Assembly (NCBI RefSeq): GCF_009914755.1 | Contig: NC_060926.1 | DNA: 64,000 nucleotides | Strand: one strand, 5' to 3' | Source: the human T2T-CHM13v2.0 reference genome, Homo sapiens | Shown here: positions 13,256-26,600 of the stretch, piece after piece | Layout: every line of letters starts with the position of its first letter | Position numbering within the stretch: position 1 is the stretch's first letter | Program-made: the position numbers and the translations under genes | The notes under the pieces: model-generated | Databases searched by the model: none | The model's input: the letters and a program-made list of their open reading frames with translations, nothing else | What the model was told of the DNA's origin: nothing

Positions 13256-16200
13256 GGGAAATCCTTTCCACACAAGCAAATGCTGAGGGATTTCCTTACT
13301 ACCCGGTCTGCCCTGCAAGAGCTCCTGAAAGCAACACTAAATATGGAAAAGAAAAACTGGTACAAGCCACTGCAAAAACACACCAAAATATAAAGATCAA
13401 TGACACTACGAGGAAACTGCATCAACTAGTGTGCAAAATAACCAAAGAGCATCATGATGACAGGATCAAATTCACACTTAACAATACTAACCTTAAATGT
13501 AAATGGGCTAAATGCCCCAATTAAAGGACACAGACTGGCAAATTGGATAAGGAAACAAGACCCATTGGTGTGCTGTATTCACGATACCCATCTTATGTGC
13601 AAAGACACACACAGGCTCAAAATAAAGGGATGGAGGAAAATTTACCAAGCAAACGGAAAGCTGAAAGAAGGTCTCATAAAACAGACTTTAAGTGAACAAA
13701 GATCAAAAAAGACAAATAAGGGCATTACATAATGGTAAAGGGAACAATTCAACAAGAAGAGCTAACTATTCTAAATATATGCACCAAATACAGGAGCATC
13801 CAGATTCATAAAACAAGTTTTTGGAGACCTACAACGAGTCTTAGGCTCCCACACAATAATAGTGGAAGACTTCAACACACCACTGTCAGTATTAGACAAT
13901 CAATGAGACAGAAAATTAACAAGGATATTCAGGACTTGAACTCAACTCTAGATCAGGTGAACCTAGTAGATGTCTACAGAACTCTCTCCCCCAAATCAAC
14001 AAAATATACATTATTCTCAGTGCCACATGGCACTTATTCTAAATCCACCACATAATTTGAAGTAAAACACTCCTCAGAAAATGCATAAGAACTGAAATCA
14101 TAACAATCAGTCTCTCAGACCACAGTGCAATCAAATTATAACTCAGAATTAAGAAACTCACTCAAAACCACACAATTTCATGGAAATTGAACAACCTGCT
14201 CCTGAATGACTCCTGGGTAAATAATGAAATTAAGGCAGAAATCAAGAAGTTCTTTGAAACCAATGAGAACAAGGAGACAATGTACTGGAATCCACGGGAC
14301 ACCACTAAAACAGTGTTAACAGGGAAATTTATAGCACTAAATGCTCACATCAGAAAGCTAGAAAAATCTCAAATCGACACCCTAACATCACAATTAAAAG
14401 AGTTAGAGAGGCAAGAGCAAACTAATCCAAAAGTCAGCAGAAGACATGAAATGACTAAGATCAGAGAAGAAAAGAAGGAGATAGAGACACAAGAAACACT
14501 CCAAAAAATCAACAAATCCAGGAGGTGGTTTTTTGAAAAAATTAACAAAATAGATAGACCACTGGCTAGACTAATAAAGAAGAGAGAGAAAAATCAATCA
14601 GACACAATAGAAAATGATAAAGGGAATATCACCACTGATCCTCCCAAAATACAAACTACCATCAGAGAATTCTATAAACACCTCTATGCAAATAAACTAG
14701 AGAATCTAGAGAAATGGATAAAGTCCTAGACTCACACATCCTACCAACACTACACCAGGAAGAAGTTGAATTCCTGAATAGACCAATAACAAGTTCTGAA
14801 ATTGAGGTAGTAATTAATAGCCTACCAGTGGAAAAAAAAAGTCCAAGACCAGATGGATTCACAGCTGAATTCTACCAGAAATACATAAAGGAGATGGTAC
14901 CATTCCTTCTGAAATTATTCCAAACAATTGAAAAGAAGGGACTCCTCCCTAACTCATTTTATGAAGCCAGCATCATCCCGTTACCAAAACCAGGAAGAGG
15001 CACAGTTAAAAAAAAGAAAACTTCAGGCCAATCTCCCTGATGAACACTGATGCAAAAATCCTAAATAAAATACTGGCAAACTGAATCCAGTAGCACATCA
15101 TAAAACTTAACCACTACAATCAAGTCAGATTTATCCCTGGGATGCAAGGCTGGTTCAACATTCACAAACCAATAAACATAATCCATTGCATAAACAGAAT
15201 CAAAACCAAAAACCACATGATTATCTCAGTAGATGCAGAAAAGGCCTTTGATAAAATTCAACATCCCTTCATGTTAAAAACTCTAAATAAACTAGGTATT
15301 GATGTAACATATCTCAAAATATTAAGAGCTATTTATGACAAACACACAGCTAATATACTGAATGGGTAAAATCTTCTCTCACCATTCCTATTCAACATAG
15401 TATTGGAAGTTCTGGCCAGGGCAATCAGGCAAGATAAAGAAATAAAGGATATTCAGATATGAAGAGAGATAGTCATGTTGTCTCTGTTTGCAGAACACAT
15501 GATTTTATATTTAGAAAACCCCATCATCTCAGCCCAAAAACTTTTTGAATTCATAAACAACTTCAGCAAAGTCTCAGGATATAAAGTCATTGGACAAAAA
15601 TCGCAAGCATTCCTTTACACCAACGATAGGCAAGCAGAGAGCTAAATCATGAATGAACCCCCGTTCACAATTGCTACAAAGAGAATAAAATACCTAGGAA
15701 TACAACTAACAAGGGATATGAAGGTATGAAGGACCTCTTCAAGGAGGACTACAAACCACTCCACAGGGAAATAAGAGAGGACACAAACAAATGTAAAAAC
15801 ATTCCATGCTCATGGATGCAAAGAATCAATATCATGAAAATGGCCATACTGCCCAAAGTAATTTACAGATTCAATGCTATTCCCATCAAACTGCCATTGA
15901 CTTCTTCACAGAATTAGAAAAAACTATTTTAAATTTCATATGGAATCAAAGAAGACCCTGTATAGCCAAGACAATTCTAAGCAAAAAACACAAAGCTAAA
16001 GGCATCATGCTACCTGACTTCAAACTATACTACAAGGCTACAGTAATCAAAACAGCATGGTACGGGCACCAAAATAGACATATAGATGAATGGAGCAGAA
16101 CAGAGACTTCAGAAATAACATCATGCATCTACAACCATCTAATCATTGACAAATCTGACAAAAACAAGCAATGGGGAAAGGATCTCCTATCCAGTAAATG

Positions 16201-17408
16201 GTGCTGGGAAAACTGGCTAGCCATATGCAGAAAACTGAAACTGGACCCCTTCCTTACACCTTATACAAATATTAACTCAAGATGGATTAAAGACATAAAT
16301 GTAAAACCCCAAACCATAAAAACCCTAGAAGAAAACCTAAGCAGTACAATTCAGGACATAGGTGTGGGCAAAGGCTTCATGACAAAAACGCCAAAAGCAA
16401 TCGCAACAAAAGCCAAAATTGACAAATGGGAACTCATTAAACTAAAGAGCTTCTGCACAGCAAAAGAAACTATCATCAGAGTGAACAGGCAACCTACATT
16501 ATGGGAGAAAATTTTTGCAATATACCCATCTGACAAAGGTCTAATATCCAGAATTTACAAAAAAACTTAAACATGTTTACAAGAAAAAAACAACCAACCA
16601 CATCAAAAAGTGGGCAAAGGATATGAACAAACACTTATCAAAGGAAGACATTAAAGTGGCCAAAAAACATATAAGAAAAAGCCCAACATCATTGATCATT
16701 AGAGAAATGCAAATCAAAACCACAATGAGATACCATCTCACGCCAGTCAGAATGGTAATTATTAAATAGTCAGATCTATTAAACAATAGATGCTGGCAAG
16801 GCTGTGGAGAAATAGGAATGCTTTTACACTGTTGGTGGGAATGTAAATTAGTTAAACCATTGGGGAAGACAGCATGGCGATTCCTCAAGGACCTAGAACC
16901 AGAAATATCATTTGACCCAGGAATCCCATTACTAGGTATATACCCAAAAGAATATAAATCATCCTACTATAAAAACACATGCACATGTATTTTTATTGCA
17001 GCACTATTTGCAACAGCAAAAACACGGACTCAAACTAATTGTCTATCAATTATAGGCTGGATAAAGAAAATGTGGTATATATACACCATGGAATAATATG
17101 CAGCCATAAAAAGGAATAAGTTCGGGGACATGGATGAAGCCGGAAGCCATCATCCTCAGCAAACTAACACAGGAACAGAAAACCAGACACTTCACGTTCT
17201 CACTCATATGTGGGAGTCAAACATTGAGAACACGTGGACACAGAGAGGAGATCATCACACACAAGGGCCTGTTGGTGGGTGGGGTTTGAAGGGAGGGAAC
17301 TTAGGGGATGGGTCAATAGGTGCCGCAAACCACCGTGGTACATATATACCTATGTAACAAACCTGTACATTCTGCACATGTAGCCCGTTTTGTTTTAGAA
17401 GAAAAAAA
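13256..17408 (+). mobile_element. 5'-truncated L1 (L1PA8-like): ORF1 tail, disrupted ORF2, 3'UTR
   Basis: ORF2 pieces (MMTGSNSHLTILTLNVNGLN..., QGWFNIHK...) in several frames; 3' end cccgttttgttttagaagaaaa typical of L1PA8; RT motif FADD reads FAEH near 15487. Confidence 0.95.
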
Positions 17409-17559
17409 TTAGAACTAGTAATAGCACTGACATAATGAGCTTATTGTGAAACTTAAATGAGAGAAAACATGTCAAGCTTTTAACTATAATTATTGTTTAG
17501 TATATATTTTATGTATTATCAATAATACTCTTGATAATTAATGTGAGCAACACAAAGAC

Positions 17560-18140
17560 AATGACAGTAAGAATGGAGAGAGATCAAGAATATAGAATCA
17601 AAAAAGCTTGATTACTCTTTGGATATGATTGAGATGCGGTCCTGGATTACTATCAGTGTTTTGGTTTAGGTGGTTGGTACACCTTCACATCATTCACTAA
17701 GGCAGGGAGGAAAGAGGGATGACCAAGTTTAGAAGGAGATAATAAGTTCAGTTTGAAATACAGGAAATTTGAGACCCCTGTGGGATGATCACATGGAGAT
17801 AATCAGAAAGTAGTTGGATGTAGGTCAAGTGTTCTGGACTGCAACATAATCAATATAACAGGAAGAGTATATAGATTCAAAGGCACATAACGCCTAGGGT
17901 AGAAGCCATAAGAATAAATACACTTGAAAGGGTAATTAAATAAAAATATACAAAGAAGACTATAAACAAATTATGACAAAAGTATTTTTTAAAGTTATGT
18001 TTATTAAAAAAAAAAAAAACCCTGAGGTAAAAGACAGTCTCAAAGAATTAGCAATAAAACATGTCAAATGCCATAGGACAATCTGGTAAGATAATGACAA
18101 TCACTAATCTACTGTCTTTGGCAACATGGAAGTAATTGAT
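17560..18140 (-). mobile_element. L2 fragment
   Basis: Purine-rich antisense L2-like motifs (aataagttcagtttgaaa, tgtcaaatgcc, ttggcaacatggaagt). Confidence 0.5.
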
Positions 18141-18719
18141 GATTTCCTTCATAACGAATAAATTACTTTACAGTCTCTATTCTTACATTTGTTCCCCATA
18201 TAAATTAAAAATTAAAAGTACTAACTTTTGGATATTTTCGGAGAATACTTTAAAAATGTATAAATCTGAACTGCTGAGAGATAGTTATTATATAATTTTA
18301 AAAATGTTTGCATTATTTACTGGTATTATTTATTTACTTTTAATTCACCACCACCTTCCCAAGGGCATTATAAAAGTGTCCCTGAATTTTTCAAGGGGCA
18401 GTTAAACATATAGCTCTTTTAAAATTGGGAAAGAGAAGCTTATATAGTTCATAAATCAAGACCACTGGTAATGACAACCATTTAAATGCAATAATTCAAC
18501 TCAGATCAGAAAGTCACCTTAAAATAACACATTTTAAGCTTAGTCTATGAAGAACTGTGGGAGGTTGACTATTGGTGACTTCATCTGTAGAACTGAAAAT
18601 GTCCTGATTAGATCACCAAAGAAACACATGCAAATTGATTTCCAATATCCCACTATTCAGCACTCCTAAAAGGGTATACAGAAAATAACAAACTAAAAAT
18701 AAGACATTAGTTTTTCTCT

Positions 18720-20375
18720 AAATCCCTCTTAATTGTGCACTAGATCCCATCCCCTCTCACTTGCTCCAAGGATTCACTTCACAAACTCTACCCTCTTCTG
18801 AATCATTGATTTCACCCTTTCTGTTCTTCCATTAAAAATAAATGAAATTGAAATAAATATATTATTTTACTTGACTTGGTTTTATTTCTGTGCCAGTTCT
18901 TCCCTGTAGCCCTAATTTCTCTTCCTTCCTTTGCAGTAAAAATTATGTTTATATTTGCTGTCTCCAACTTCTTTCCTTACATTTTCTCTTAAACACACTG
19001 TAAGAAAGGTTTCTGCCTATCCCTCTACCAAATTGCTTTGTTAATATCTCCAATAATCTGCATGTTGCTAAATCTTTGTTGAGTTCAGTTATCATCTTCA
19101 CTGACCTACCAGCACCGACCTTTGCCACAGTTGATATTTTCATTTTCCTTGATATACTTTCTTCACTTGGCCTCTCTCTACCACACTCAGGTTTTCTCCT
19201 CATCACTGCCTGCTGCTTTTGTTTCCTTTCTTGATTCCTTTTCTACCTGACCTCTCAAAGTTCTTCCATTGGCTTCTCCTTTCTTTCTACATTCTCTCTT
19301 CCTGTAACCTAAATCTCCACCATAACTTTAAAACCTATTTATATGTGGACAACCCTTAAAATTTTTTATTTAGTCCAAACATTTTTCCTGAACTTTAGAT
19401 TTAATAATATAAATGTCTTCTGGACATTTCAAACTCAATATTTTAGAAATTGACTTTCTGACAGTTTCTCCAATCCTCTAGTCACAGACCAATTTTACCC
19501 CATCTCAATTGATCCAACCCTTCAGTTTCTCAGGCTAAAAATATCACAGTCATCCTGATACTATGTTTCTTTCATGCCCCACATCTACTTATTTAGCAAA
19601 ATCTATTGGCTCTACCTTCAAATATATCCAGCATGTTACCACTTTTCACCATCCTTATTTTATTCCACCAATCTTTCTCATCTAGATTGCTGCAATTACC
19701 CCCAACTGCTCTACCAGCCTCTACCTTTGCAACCCCTACAATCTAGTCTCAATACAGAAATCAAATCATGTCATCACTTTCCTAAAACACTCCAAACAAC
19801 TTCACACCTCAGAATAAAAAAGAAAACCCTTTCAATATCTGCAAGGGTATGCATATGTTTTTCTCCAACCCTTACCCTTCTGCTACTTCTCTAAGTGGTT
19901 CTTGCACTTTTGTCTCCCTGAATCTCTTGGCTGTATACACAGTAGTCACTAGTTCCTTAAACAAAGCATGCCCGCTCCTTACAGCACCCCTACATTGGCT
20001 CTTCACTCGGCCTTGAATGTTTTCCCTGCAAATAACTGCTTAGCTAACTCCCTCTTCTATCTCAAGATTTTGGCCAGATTTCAGATATAAATGAAGCCTA
20101 CCCCAACCCCCATCTTTAAAATTGTACCCATCTCCAGATTCTCCCCCAGTCTCCTTTTTTTTTGTAACGTTTTTATTATTCTCTACTCTTATCAGCTTTC
20201 AAAATGCTGCATAATTTATTACTTACTATATTTCTCTTTGTTTTTTGTCTCCCATTACAAGCTAAGGGAGTTTGGTCTGTTTTGTTCAACGATATATTCC
20301 AAGCACCTAGAAGAGTGTGTGGCACACAGTAGTAGATACAGAATAAATAAATAAATATCTGTTTTTGAGTGACTG
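18720..20375 (+). mobile_element. L2 (L2a-like) long 3' fragment
   Basis: Typical L2 motifs (ctgcatgttgctaaatc, tctaccttcaaatatatcca, cacctagaagagtgtgtggcacacagtag). Confidence 0.75.
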
Positions 20376-20879
20376 TTTGAAAAACAATCTTGACTAACTT
20401 AAAATGCACTTGTTGCCCCTCCATCATTCCAAATTAAAGGTCAAACTGGAGGTTTCACTGGATTACTTTTATATAGGTGCATAGCATTATAATCTGCGTT
20501 CATCCCTTTATAATTTGTCATTAAATAATACAACAAAAATGGGTAATGCTTAAAATTCCCTTATTCTTATTGTTCAGTATCTAAGCATCACTATCGTTTT
20601 GGCAATAAAGTCTTATTTGTCAGATCATTTAAGATTTGTATTAATTGCAATCAAAACAATCCTTTAAAATAAACCTCCATATTTATACATCTATCGTATA
20701 TACATGTAAATACTACTTTTGCTTAAAGAGATCTGAAATAAGATTCAACTAATGGCAAAAATAGTAATTCAAAGATGATTACATTTGGGGTAAATTTTTT
20801 ATGTTTAATATTTTTCTGTATTGCTGAAATCATGTATTTGGTATATATAATTTTATAAAAAACAAAAATGTAATATTCT

Positions 20880-22283
20880 TTAAAGGATTAAAAGTACCAC
20901 TAGAGGAATAGAAATGAGATATGTAACTCCCAAACCACAAGAGGAGGATAAATGAGATATGAGGCAAAATCAAATAATTCAACAAAAGGCAGGCAGGGCT
21001 GAAAAAAAATAAAATTAAAATAGAATGTAAAACAAAAATAAGCTTTAAAAACACCAAAACATCATTTTACTAAATCATAAAAGGTTTAACTATGTTAAGT
21101 CCCTTAGAAAAGATAAAGACTATCAGGTTTAAATATAAAATTTCTAACTTTGCTATATGTTACTTAAGATGAGGAAAGGTGAAAACAAAGAGGAAATAAA
21201 CTTCTTATTTCACAAAACAAGCAAAAGATGCTCCCTGTCAAAGCACCTCTTTCTTACAAATGATAGAGCATGTTCAAATCAACAAATCAAAGAAGAAAAA
21301 TAATTTACAAGTATAAGAAAGAAGAATACTTTCATAATCATACAGTAATAAAAACAATTTATGTTGTAACATGTATTTTATTTGTATTACAATATAAACT
21401 ATATTACCACTTATCATATGTACATTATTGTATAAAATTTTTACATATGATACTATAAAGACAAGATCAAGAGAATCAGATAATTCTTAGAATTAGCAAG
21501 GTTTCCAAATACAAAAATCAACGTATAAAAATCAATATATAGTAGCACATCAAAAATAACAAAAATAGAAATAAATATTTATAGTAGCAACAAAACTCTA
21601 AAGTAGCCAGGACATAATCAACCATGTACAAAATTATTATAGAATATATTTTTAAAGTCTATTAAATGATAAAAGGAAACTATTAAAAAAGACCTTTACA
21701 ATATTGATGCCAATTTTTGCAAATTAATCTATATATTCAATGAAGTTTTAATGAATATTCCAGGAGGATTGGGGGAAGAAAATTGATAAACTAAGTTTTA
21801 TCCAGGGGAAAAATAGGATCTACCAAAGCTAAGATGATTTGGAAAAAGAAAACAAAAAGAGGAGATGTTTCCTGCTTAATTTTAAGTTATATTACAAAGC
21901 CTTGGTGAGTTCAATGGTGTTAAACTGGTGTAGAAAAGATAAACAAAAAATAATAATAATAAGCCAAATGGAGAAACCCAAAACAATCTATGTGTATACA
22001 GAACTTAGTAATTGAGAATATATGAGAATACTCCCTCAGTAAGAAAATAATGGAATATGTATTGAATGTTATTGAGAAATTCTCCTTAATCTATGAAGAA
22101 AAATAAAGATGGATCTGTTCCTCTCATCATAATCTAAAATGAATTTGACATCACTGGAAGGTCAAAATATAAAAGGTATAAAGTTAACAGAAGACAATAG
22201 GAGATTATTTTGTGATTATGGCTAAGGAAAAATGTATTAAACAAGACCCAAAAAGGAACAACTTCACAAAGTGACAACTTGAC
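20880..22283 (+). mobile_element. Old L1M ORF2 fragments
   Basis: A-rich degenerate L1 ORF2-like motifs (ttagcaaggtttccaaatacaaaa, aaattaatctatatattcaatg). Confidence 0.55.
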
Positions 22284-22297
22284 AGATTTTATCCTTT

Positions 22298-24013
22298 TTT
22301 TTTTTTTTTTAAATTTTTTTTTTATTGATAATTCTTGGGTGTTTCTCACAGAGGGGGATTTGGCAGGGTCATGGGACAATAGTGGAGGGAAGGTCAGCAG
22401 ATAAACAAGTGAACAAAGGTCTCTGGTTTTCCTAGGCAGAGGACCCTGCGGCCTTCCGCAGTGTTTGTGTCCCTGATTACTTGAGATTAGGGAGTGGTGA
22501 TGACTCTTAACGAGCATGCTGCCTTCAAGCATCTGTTTAACAAAGCACATCTTACACCGCCCTTAATCCATTTAACCCTGAGTGGACACAGCACATGTTT
22601 CAGAGAGCACAGGGTTGGGGGTAAGGTCACAGATCAACAGGATCCCAAGGCAGAAGAATTTTTCTTAGTGCCTAACAAAATGAAAAGTCTCCCATGTCTA
22701 CTTCTTTCTACACAGACACGGCAACCATCCGATTTCTCAATCTTTTCCCCACCTTTCCCGCCTTTCTATTCCACAAAGCTGCCATTGTCATCCTGGCCCG
22801 TTCTCAGTGAGCTGTTGGGCACACCTCCCAGACGGGGTGGTGGCCGGGCAGAGGGGCTCCTCACTTCCCAGTAGGGGCGGCCGGGCAGAGGCGCCCCTCA
22901 CCTCCCGGACGGGGCGGCTGGCCGGGCGGGGGGCTGACCCCCCCCACCTCCCTCCCAGACGGGGCGGCTGGCCGGGCGGGGGGCTGATCCCCCCACCTCC
23001 CTCCCAGACGGCGCGGCTGGCCGGGCGGGGGGCTGATCCCCCCACCTCCCTCCCGGAAGGGGCGGCTGGCCGGGCGGGGGGCTGACCCCCCCCACCTCCC
23101 TCCCGGACGGGGTGGCTGCCGGGCGGAGACGCTCCTCACTTCCCAGATGGGGTGGCTGCCGGGCGGAGAGGCTCCTCACTTCTCACACGGGGCAGCTGCC
23201 AGGCGGAGGGGCTCCTCACTTCTCAGACGGGGTGGTTGCCAGGCAGAGGGTCTCCTCACTTCTCAGACGGGGCGGCCGGGCAGAGACTCTCCTCACCTCC
23301 CAGACGGGGTCGCGGCCGGGCAGAGGCGCTCCTCACATCCCAGATGGGGCGGCGGGGCAGAGGCGCTCCCCACATCTCAGACGATGGGTGGCCGGGCAGA
23401 GACACTCCTCACTTCCTAGATGTGATGGCGGCTGGGAAGAGGCGCTCCTCACTTCCTAGATGGGATGGCGGCCGGGCGGAGACGCTCCTCACTTTCCAGA
23501 CTGGGCAGCCAGGCAGAGGGGCTCCTCACATTCCAGACGATGGGTGGCCAGGCAGAGACATTCCTCACTTCCCAGACGGGGTGGCGGCCAGGCAGAGGCT
23601 GCAATCTCGGCACTTTGGGAGGCCAAGGCAGGCAGCTGGGAGGTGTAGGTTGTAGCGAGCCAAGATCACGCCACTGCACTCCAGCCTGGGCACCATTGAG
23701 CACTGAGTGAACGAGACTCCGTCTGCAATCCCGGCACCTCAGGAGGCCGAGGCTGGCGGATCACTCGCGGTTAGGGGCTGGAGACCGGCCGGCCAACACA
23801 GCGAAACCCCGTCTCCACCAAAACCAGTCAGGCGTGGCGGCGCGTGCCTGCAATCGCAGGCACTCAGCAGGCTGAGGCAGGAGAATCAGGCAGGGAGGTT
23901 GCAGTGAGCCCAGATGGCAGCAGTACAGTCCAGCTTCGGCTCCGCATGAGAGGGAGACCATGGAAAGAGAGGGAGACCATGGGGAGAGGGAGAGGGAGAG
24001 GGAGAAGGAGAGG
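22298..24013 (-). mobile_element. Full-length SVA (SVA_F-like)
   Basis: Poly-T, SINE-R (~22320-22820), GC-rich VNTR (~22820-23600), Alu-like domain and (CCCTCT)n hexamer as agaggg repeats; 14-bp TSD agattttatccttt at 22284-22297 and 24014-24027; F-type variants ccctgattacttgag and ggctccgcatgagagggag. Confidence 0.95.
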
Positions 24014-24067
24014 AGATTTTATCCTTTCAAAATAAAATATATTTGTTCGACACTAAAAACTAAATCA

Positions 24068-24884
24068 ACAATTCTCAAAGTTCCATGATGAAACCTAGGG
24101 TAGAGATGGGGGTACCCAAGACCCCTTCATGGAGTTCATGAAGTTAAATTTATCTTTATAATACTCATACATCATTGCCTTTTTCACTGTGTTGATATTT
24201 TTCCTGATGGTGCACAAGCAATGATGGATAAAATTACTGGTGCCTTAGCTCAAATCATGGTTGCAATGCCAAGTTGTCCCAGTAGTCACTGAATTCTTCA
24301 CTGCCACGCACTCACAGTTACTTAAAAATGCCATTTTCACTGAACTTTCCTTGATGAAGCAATACAAATTAATAAAATTTAAAAATCTTGATAGCTGAGG
24401 AGTACACTTCTCTTAAATAGTCCATGTGAATAGATGAGAAATATGTATAAAGCACTTCTGCTACACACTGAAGTACAACATTGGTCTCAAGCAAAAGTAC
24501 TTGCATGATTGCTTAAATTTGGAGTTGAATTATTGTTCCTTTCATGGAAAAAATAACTACAGTTATTCAGACTCTACTATTTGGCAGATATCTTCAAAAT
24601 GAATCAAGAAATTAACAGTATTTATTACCAATAATAAAATGCAAGAATTCAGGCAAAAGTTAGATTCCCAATTTTGTGATGAGATTAGTAGTAATATTAA
24701 CAAAAACAGTTTGTGGGGATTTTATAATTAATGGGTCAACATTTGGAAAACCTACAGTAACTCAGTGTATCAAACATTTCTCAAGCGATCAATAAGTTAC
24801 ATTACATCATTTATGGGTAAAAGATTGATCCAAAGTGCAACATAAATTAATAGATTTTAATGAAATAGAGTAAAAATGTTCATT
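24068..24884. mobile_element. Charlie1a-like hAT DNA transposon fragment
   Basis: tgatggtgcacaagcaatg...ggtgccttagc...ttcttcactgccacgcactc matches recalled Charlie1 transposase remnant. Confidence 0.7.
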
Positions 24885-25087
24885 AGCCTGGGTATAGATG
24901 CTCACACCTATAATCTCAGTACTTTGGGAGGCCAAGACCGGAGGATCACTTGAACCCAGGAGTTCAAAATCAGCCTGAGCAATATAGTGAGACTTCATGT
25001 CTATAAAAAATTTAAAAATTAGCCAGGCATTGCAGCACTCACCTGTAATCCCAACTGCTCAGGAGGCTGAAGTAGGATCGCTTGAGT
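24885..25087 (+). mobile_element. AluJ-like, 3'-truncated
   Basis: Left monomer plus start of right monomer; ends abruptly at ggatcgcttgag with no tail. Confidence 0.85.
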
Positions 25088-26107
25088 TTATGAAGCTTAG
25101 TTTGGCTGGATATATATTCAAGGATGTTAAAGAATAAAACTACGTAGGAGATGAAAAATGAAATGGCCATTTTAAGAAAGAGCTAAACTGATCTAATAGA
25201 GCTGAGAAGCTCACTTCAAGAATTTCAAAGTACAATTGCAAGTACTAACAGCAGAATTGACCAAGCTGAGGAAAGAATCTCAGAGCTCAAAGACCAGTCT
25301 TCCAAAATAACTCAGACAAAAATAAATTAAAAAACAATAAAGATGATTGAACAAAACCTCCAAGAAATATGGGATTATGGAAAGAGACCAAATCTAAGAC
25401 TCATTGGTGTCTCTGAAAGAGAGAGAAAGCAAGTAACTTGGAAAACAATTTCAGGATATCATCCATGAAAATGTGGCCAACCTCACTAGAGAGGCCAACA
25501 TTTAAATTCAGGAAATACAGAGAATGCCTGTGAAATACTACACAAGAAGATCATCCCCAAGACATATAGTCATCAGATTCTACAAGGTCAAAATAAAAGA
25601 AAAAATGTTAAAGACAGCTAGAGAAAACAGGCAGGTCACCAGCAAAGGGAACCCCATCAGGCTAACAGCAAACCTTTCAGCAGAAACCCTACAAGCCAGA
25701 AGAGACTGGAAACCTATATTCAGCATTCTTAAAGAAAAGAAATTCCAACCAAGAATCTTATGTCCAGCCAAACTAAGCTTCATAAGCAAAGGAGAAATAA
25801 GATCCTTTTCAGACAAGCAAATGCTAAGGGAATTCATTACCACCAGACCTTCCTTACAAGAGGTCTTGAAGGGAGTGCTAATTATGGAGAAGAAATATAG
25901 TTACCAGCCACTACAAAAGCACACTTAGGTAAATGGACCAAAGTCACATCATAAAGCAATCATACAAACTGGTGTATATAATAACTAGCTAACAACAGGA
26001 TGACAGTACTAAATCTTCACATATCAATGCTAGCCTTGAATGTAAATGAGCTAAATGCCCCAATTAAAAGGCATTGAGTGGCAAGTTGGATAAAGAAATA
26101 AGACTCA

Positions 26108-26600
<493 letters not shown>

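Noticed and set aside
13454-17096. Long + strand ORFs (up to 254 aa) resembling endonuclease/reverse transcriptase
   Set aside because: Frameshifted pieces of one dead L1 ORF2, not a host gene or a novel RT system.
22820-23600. Regularly spaced ~37-50 bp repeats resembling a CRISPR array
   Set aside because: Tandem VNTR units without unique spacers, in a eukaryotic context with no cas genes.
22494-24035. Dense overlapping GC-rich ORFs and an apparent CpG island
   Set aside because: Explained fully by the SVA VNTR and Alu-like domains; not a promoter or gene.
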